Assembly: GCA_964016885.1 (NCBI GenBank)
Contig: OZ024761.1
Location: 1,302,001-1,366,000 of the forward strand
Direction: 5' to 3'
Length of the DNA: 64,000 nucleotides
Source: Eledone cirrhosa
Lineage: Eukaryota
In this document: one piece after another, positions 56,897 to 64,000 of the stretch
How positions within the stretch are numbered: the stretch's first letter is position 1
How the letters are laid out: every line of letters starts with the position of its first letter
Made by a program: the position numbers and the translations under genes
Notes under the pieces: model-generated
Database searches by the model: none
Seen by the model: only the letters and a program-made list of their open reading frames with translations
What the model was told of the DNA's origin: nothing

Positions 56897-57510
56897 TCAC
56901 TGACGAGGGACTAATTTTATAATATGTAACCCATGTGCAACCACGCAGTATTCCTCTTTCTTCTCATGTTTTTTATACATATTTACCTCGGCTGCGTTAG
57001 TCTGTTTCTCTCTTTCTCTCTTACTGCTCCCCCGTTCTCTCTGTTTCTCTCACCTTCTTTCGCCCCCTCTGTCAGTTACACTTTCTCTCGACTGACCTCA
57101 TCCTCGCACTTCCACTCACTCACTCTCTGTTTCTCCCCTTCTCACTTCCTCCCGTTTCGTTAGTAGTGGGGTTCTTTCTTGCTCACATCTCACTCACCCC
57201 GGACGGTCTGTATTCTGAACGCTCATGAAATTCACCCAGCTTATGCTGGCCGGATAACCATGTTGCTTGTTTTTTTTCCTATCTTCGGTTTGCTTTTATC
57301 CTTCTATGTTGTTTACTTGTCCCCCTCGCTTTACGCGACTTGCTTGTCCCAATAGCTTTTTTTAGTTATTGCTCGCACCAACCTGAGGTATATGATTTTT
57401 AATGCGATGAAATACCAATGATGGTTGGCAAATCACTGACGAGGGACTAATTTTATAATATATAACCCATGTGCAACCACGCAGTATTCCTCTTTCTTCT
57501 CATGTTTTAT
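56897..57510 (+). mobile_element. ~535-bp pLTR-like unit with terminal partial tandem repeat
   Basis: aatcactgacgagggactaatttt occurs at ~56896 and ~57431. Confidence 0.75.
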
Positions 57511-57828
57511 ATATATATATATATATAATGTTATACTTGGGGAGGGTCATATTTGTGTAATATTGCCAGAATTAATAACAGAACACACTCACTGTTTGGT
57601 TGGTTTTCGCTTTTCGCTTCTGTGTCTTTTATATCGGTAATCTAATTTATTCGGTCCTCACTGTTGCCATTGACTGACCGACGGTCAAAAATAATACAGA
57701 TACAATATAGACACAAACTCATATATATAGTTTATCAAAGTTCTTTCGTTGTACATCTGCAACATCGTCAGTGGTGCTATTGTTTCCTCCCGTTGTATTG
57801 TATGTCTACGCCATTTTTATTTAGTCTG

Positions 57829-57867
<39 letters not shown>

Positions 57868-57868
<1 letters not shown>

Positions 57869-58053
57869 GGATTCGCAATTGTAAGGTTGCGAGTTCGATT
57901 CCTGGACCAGGCGATGCGTTATGTCCTTGAGCAAGACACTTTATTTCACGTTGCTCCTTTTACCTAAAGTTGCGACCGATAGATAGTATTAGCAATTGGA
58001 AAGACCAACGCAAACATTGTTCCCTCGGTCCGATTTGACGAAAGTCGATCGTT
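57868..58053 (+). mobile_element. SINE family 2, 5' truncated
   Basis: Matches 63749-63933. Confidence 0.85.
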
Positions 58054-58057
58054 TAAG

Positions 58058-58100
<43 letters not shown>

Positions 58101-58367
58101 TATGATGGCTGCAAACTCTGCTAAGAGTATTGCAATCGCTTGTCAGATTCAGATGTGTGACGCTTGGATATGGCATTTCAAGCACGCTAGAGACTTGCAC
58201 TCCTTCGCACACTGACGACACCTATGGATCTCCCTGGCCTGAGGTCTTACATCAGGTTGCCTGTGAACCTTCACAATACCGTGGAGATCATAGTTCACTG
58301 GTTCTCTTTGAACATTGCTGTGGCTGTGGCTTCTGAGACCAGATTTGCTCAAGATCTCAGGAGCCAT

Positions 58368-61356
58368 ACTTACATACATACATATATACATTGATATACA
58401 TACATACATATATACATTGATATACATACATATATACATTGATATACATACATACATATATACATTGATATACATACATACATATATACATTGATATACA
58501 TACATACATATATACATTGATATACATACATAAATACATTGATATACATACATACATATATACATTGATATACATACATATATACATTGATATACATACA
58601 TACATATATACATTGATATACATACATACATATATACATTGATATACATACATATATACATTGATATACATACATACATATATACATTGATATACATACA
58701 TATATACATTGATATACATACATACATATATATATACATTGATATACATACATACATATATACATTGATATACATACATACATATATACATTGATATACA
58801 TACATATATACATATATACATTGATATACATACATATATACATTGATATACATACATACATATATACATTGATATACATACATACATATATACATTGATA
58901 TACATACATACATATATACATTGATATACATACATACATATATACATTGATATACATACATACATATATACATTGATATACATACATATATACATTGATA
59001 TACATACATACATATATACATTGATATACATACATACATATATACATTGATATACATACATACATAAATACATCGATATACATACATATATACATTGATA
59101 TATATACATACATAAATACATTGATATACATACATATATACATTGATATATATACATACATATATACATTGATATACATACATATATACATTGATATATA
59201 TACATACATATATACATTGATATACATACATATATACATTGATATATATACATACATATATACATTGATATACATACATACATATATACATTGATATACA
59301 TACATACATATATACATTGATATACATACATACATAAATACATTGATATACATACATATATACATTGATATATATACATACATAAATACATTGATATACA
59401 TACATATATACATTGATATATATACATACATATATACATTGATATACATACATATATACATTGATATATATACATACATATATACATTGATATACATACA
59501 TACATATATACATTGATATACATACATACATATATACATTGATATACATACATATATACATTGATATACATACATACATATATACATTGATATACATACA
59601 TACATATATACATTGATATACATACATATATACATTGATATACATACATATATACATTGATATACATACATACATATATACATTGATATACATACATATA
59701 TACATTGATATACATACATATATACATTGATATACATACATACATATATACATTGATATACATACATACATATATACATTGATATACATACATACATATA
59801 TACATTGATATACATACATACATATATACATTGATATACATACATAAATACATTGATATACATACATACATATATACATTGATATACATACATACATATA
59901 TACATTGATATACATACATAAATACATTGATATATATACATACATATATACATTGATATACATACATATATACATTGATATACATACATACATATATACA
60001 TTGATATACATACATACATATATACATTGATATACATACATACATAAATACATTGATATACATACATATATACATTGATATACATACATACATATACACA
60101 TTGATATACATACATACATATATACATTGATATACATACATATATACATTGATATACATACATACATATATACATTGATATACATACATACATATATACA
60201 TTGATATACATACATACATATATACATTGATATACATACATACATATATACATTGATATACATACATAAATACATTGATATACATACATACATATATACA
60301 TTGATATACATACATACATATATACATTGATATACATACATAAATACATTGATATATATACATACATATATACATTGATATACATACATATATACATTGA
60401 TATACATACATACATATATACATTGATATACATACATACATATATACATTGATATACATACATACATAAATACATTGATATACATACATATATACATTGA
60501 TATACATACATACATATACACATTGATATACATACATACATATATACATTGATATACATACATATATACATTGATATACATACATACATATATACATTGA
60601 TATACATACATAAATACATTGATATACATACATACATATATACATTGATATACATACATACATATATACATTGATATACATACATACATATATACATTGA
60701 TATACATACATATATACATTGATATACATACATACATATATACATTGATATACATACATACATATATACATTGATATACATACATACATATATACATTGA
60801 TATACATACATACATATATACATTGATATACATACATACATATATACATTGATATACATACATATATACATTGATATACATACATATATACATTGATATA
60901 CATACATACATATATACATTGATATACATACATACATATAAACATTGATATACATACATACATATATACATTGATATACATACATAAATACATTGATATA
61001 CATACATAAATACATTGATATACATACATACATATATACATTGATATACATACATACATATATACATTGATATACATACATATATACATTGATATACATA
61101 CATACATATATACATTGATATACATACATACATATATACATTGATATACATACATACATATATACATTGATATACATACATACATATATACATTGATATA
61201 CATACATATATACATTGATATACATACATACATATATACATTGATATACATACATACATATATACATTGATATACATACATAAATACATTGATATACATA
61301 CATATATACATTGATATACATACATACATATATACATTGATATACATACATACATA
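58368..61356. repeat. 3-kb satellite of 26-bp and 22-bp units (cattgatatacatac[atac]atatata)
   Basis: Seen directly; produces the spurious ~1000-aa ORFs. Confidence 0.97.
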
Positions 61357-61543
61357 CTAGAACTTTCATTCGAGGGAAATCATCAAGAGAGCTTTCCTGA
61401 TGATTTCCTTCGAATGAAACAGTTCAAGTCCTGTAGAAGCGATTTCTATATTAAATTTGCTGTTTACACTCTACTAATGTATTGAGTACCTTACTTACTC
61501 TATTTACCCCCGATTGAACCCAGGGCTCACACACACACACACG

Positions 61544-61588
<45 letters not shown>

Positions 61589-61805
61589 TTATAAGTTTAT
61601 CCCGGGTTCAATAGGGGGTAAACACAGTATGTAAGGTACTCAATACATAGCAGAGTATAAATATTTAATATGGAAATGGCTTCTTCAGGACTAGAACTGT
61701 TTTCATTCGGGAGAAATCATCAGGAAACCCTTTGGGAAAATCTTCGACCACCCTGATGATTTCTCCCGAATGAAACAGTTCTAGTCCTGTAGAAGCCATT
61801 TCTCT
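61357..61805. mobile_element. Two family B fold-back HHR elements
   Basis: HHR cores at 61397-61440 (+), 61678-61733 (-) and 61753-61797 (+); tails tattgagtaccttac..gattgaaccc. Confidence 0.8.
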
Positions 61806-62504
61806 CTCTCTATATATATATACACATACATACATTATATATGTATATAAAATTTGTAGTTTACTCCTAGAATTAACGATTAACTGATTAATTTAATTAA
61901 ACGATTCTATTGATTGATTAATTGTTTATGTTTGTTTGATAACTTCTGGTTGAGTGCTTAATTCGGTTTGTCTAAAGGAATTCATTCCTTTGTCTCAAAT
62001 TGGAATTCACCGCCAAAGCGGGGGTTACCTCCCTTGGAGAAAACCACGTGTCTATAGCGAAATTTAATGCTACAGCATACCCGCAGAGGCTAAAGAACAC
62101 AAGACTTGCTGAAGAAGGAAATCCTTTGTTCTGTCGTAAAAAACCATTAACTTGCAGACTCCTGCAAGCGGAATTTGTCGATCTTGGATTTGCAGAAACC
62201 TAGCGCTGATGTTGTGTGCTGTATGTGATGTGTATCGTGTGCTATACGATGCGCATTATATATTTTGCATTCAGTCTCACCGTTTTGTTCAGGTCAGTCT
62301 AAAATCTTTTCCTGAGTCCTGTATTTTCGTTGCTCTGGTGATGCGGCTGGACTGCCGATCGCTATATTTGATTTGCTAAGCTGTCTAAACGTATTGTTAT
62401 TACTCTGGGGTACTTTTCCCCATCCGAGTGCTAAAGCTACATACCGAATTTGCATTCGTTAGCTTGGCCGCGAACTAAAGCTTCGTTAATGTTGTACTAA
62501 CATT

Positions 62505-62543
<39 letters not shown>

Positions 62544-62591
62544 CTGTGTGTGTGTTAGGTAATTCCGAAGGAAAAGCAAAGGATAACATCT

Positions 62592-62650
62592 CTGATGATC
62601 GATCCAGACGTAAATTAATATTGTCTGGGAACCAGAAACCTTTGGTAATG
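62592..62650 (+). ncRNA. Hammerhead ribozyme core (stem I imperfect)
   Basis: CUGAUGA-UCG..CCAGAC..GUCUGG..CCA-GAAA-CC-UUU-GG-UA|. Confidence 0.6.
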
Positions 62651-62680
62651 GAGTAGTTATATTTTGTGTTGTTCACTTTC

Positions 62681-62745
<65 letters not shown>

Positions 62746-63254
62746 ACGTATGTATGTATGTATGTATATATGTACGTATGTATGTGTGTGTGTGTGTGTT
62801 TGTGCTTGTGTCTACATGTGTGTGTGTGTATATATATATATATATTCTCGTAATGGCACAAGTGTCTGTCGTCCCCTCCTCCACCCACCCACCCCTCACC
62901 ATTTATAGCAGCCATCGTAAAGTTTCTCGTTTTCCAACACATAAAACTTCCCCAGATTACTATCGTTATTATTATTAGGAGTATTTTTGTTGTGATTGTG
63001 GTTGGTCTTCTTCTTCTTCTTCTTCTTCTTCTTCTTCTTCTTCTATTCCCTATCTACCAGCCCTCCATTATACTCTGCCCCCGACGCGAGGTCGTTACCT
63101 ACAGTTATTACCTCGGTTAACGTGTTTACTCGTCTCCGCCTCGTAACCAGGTGAAATCCATTATTTTGTTTCGGTCTACAGGTTCATTACACGTACAAAT
63201 TATGTGTGTATGTATGTATTTATGTATGTGTGCGTTTATATTTATATGTTGGTA

Positions 63255-63286
<32 letters not shown>

Positions 63287-63447
63287 ACTGCTCTGTATAA
63301 CAACTGATGTTATTACATTGAGCTATTTATCTTACTGGTAATAGGATAGTAATTAAAGACTATCTCTCACTATTTAGGTTTTGTGTATATATAATATATT
63401 ACCATCAAAGGTTTTATTGCATACATAACCATAAATAGTACCCTTAA

Positions 63448-63717
<270 letters not shown>

Positions 63718-63718
63718 T

Positions 63719-63933
63719 GTGAAGGCGCGTGGCTGAGTGGTTAGGGAATTGGATTCGCAATCGTAAGGTTGTGAGTTCGATTCCTGGACCAGGCGATGCG
63801 TTATGTCCTTGAGCAAGACACTTTATTTCACGTTGCTCCTTCTACCTGGAGTTGCGACCGATAGATAGTATTAGCAATTGGAAAGACCAACGGAAACATT
63901 GTTCCGTCGGTCCGATTTGACGAAAGTCGATCG
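63719..63933 (+). mobile_element. tRNA-derived SINE family 2, full length
   Basis: gtgaaggcgcg-tggctgagtgg (A box)..gttcgattcc (B box)..tgtccttgagcaagacactt. Confidence 0.85.
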
Positions 63934-64000
63934 TAAAAAAAATATATATTCTATATATATATGTAAAAGGTAAACAAAAATAACAACACAATCGGTACAG

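Noticed and set aside
56896-56960. CTGACGA as a hammerhead core in the 530-bp family
   Set aside because: I could not find a GAAA box, stem III and stem I in type I, II or III order, so it is not called as an HHR.
58149-61369. Three ~1000-aa ORFs on the minus strand
   Set aside because: They are translations of the stop-free 26/22-bp satellite, open in all three frames.
63719-63795. Functional tRNA gene
   Set aside because: The head continues into a dispersed SINE body found in several copies, and there is no clean cloverleaf or terminator.

Overview
Very AT-rich, microsatellite-saturated animal genomic DNA, most likely octopus/coleoid cephalopod (inferred from the SINE types and the (TA)n/(TACA)n density). 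Most long ORFs in the track are microsatellite artefacts. One probable host exon is present (49057-49744: signal peptide, coiled coil, ending at YPR-G|GT, suggesting a fibrinogen-related protein). The rest is decayed mobile DNA: three R4/Dong-like RLE LINEs, Tx1/L1 LINEs, RTE fragments, mariner/maT, hAT and piggyBac-type elements, two tRNA-SINE families and a 3-kb 26/22-bp satellite. The main discovery comes from reading the short islands between (TA)n tracts. They contain type I hammerhead ribozyme (HHR) motifs from roughly 16 different sequence families (around 30 full or partial copies by eye), sitting in small Penelope-like (PLE)-derived fold-back elements. Several have non-canonical cores (UUGAAAA, CCGAUGA, CAGAAGA, U.U closing stem II). 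Their fold-back apices cluster at the ribozyme, and many share a GAG(T/C)(A/G)CT-like motif near the 3' end. All structures were folded by eye; cleavage activity is untested.
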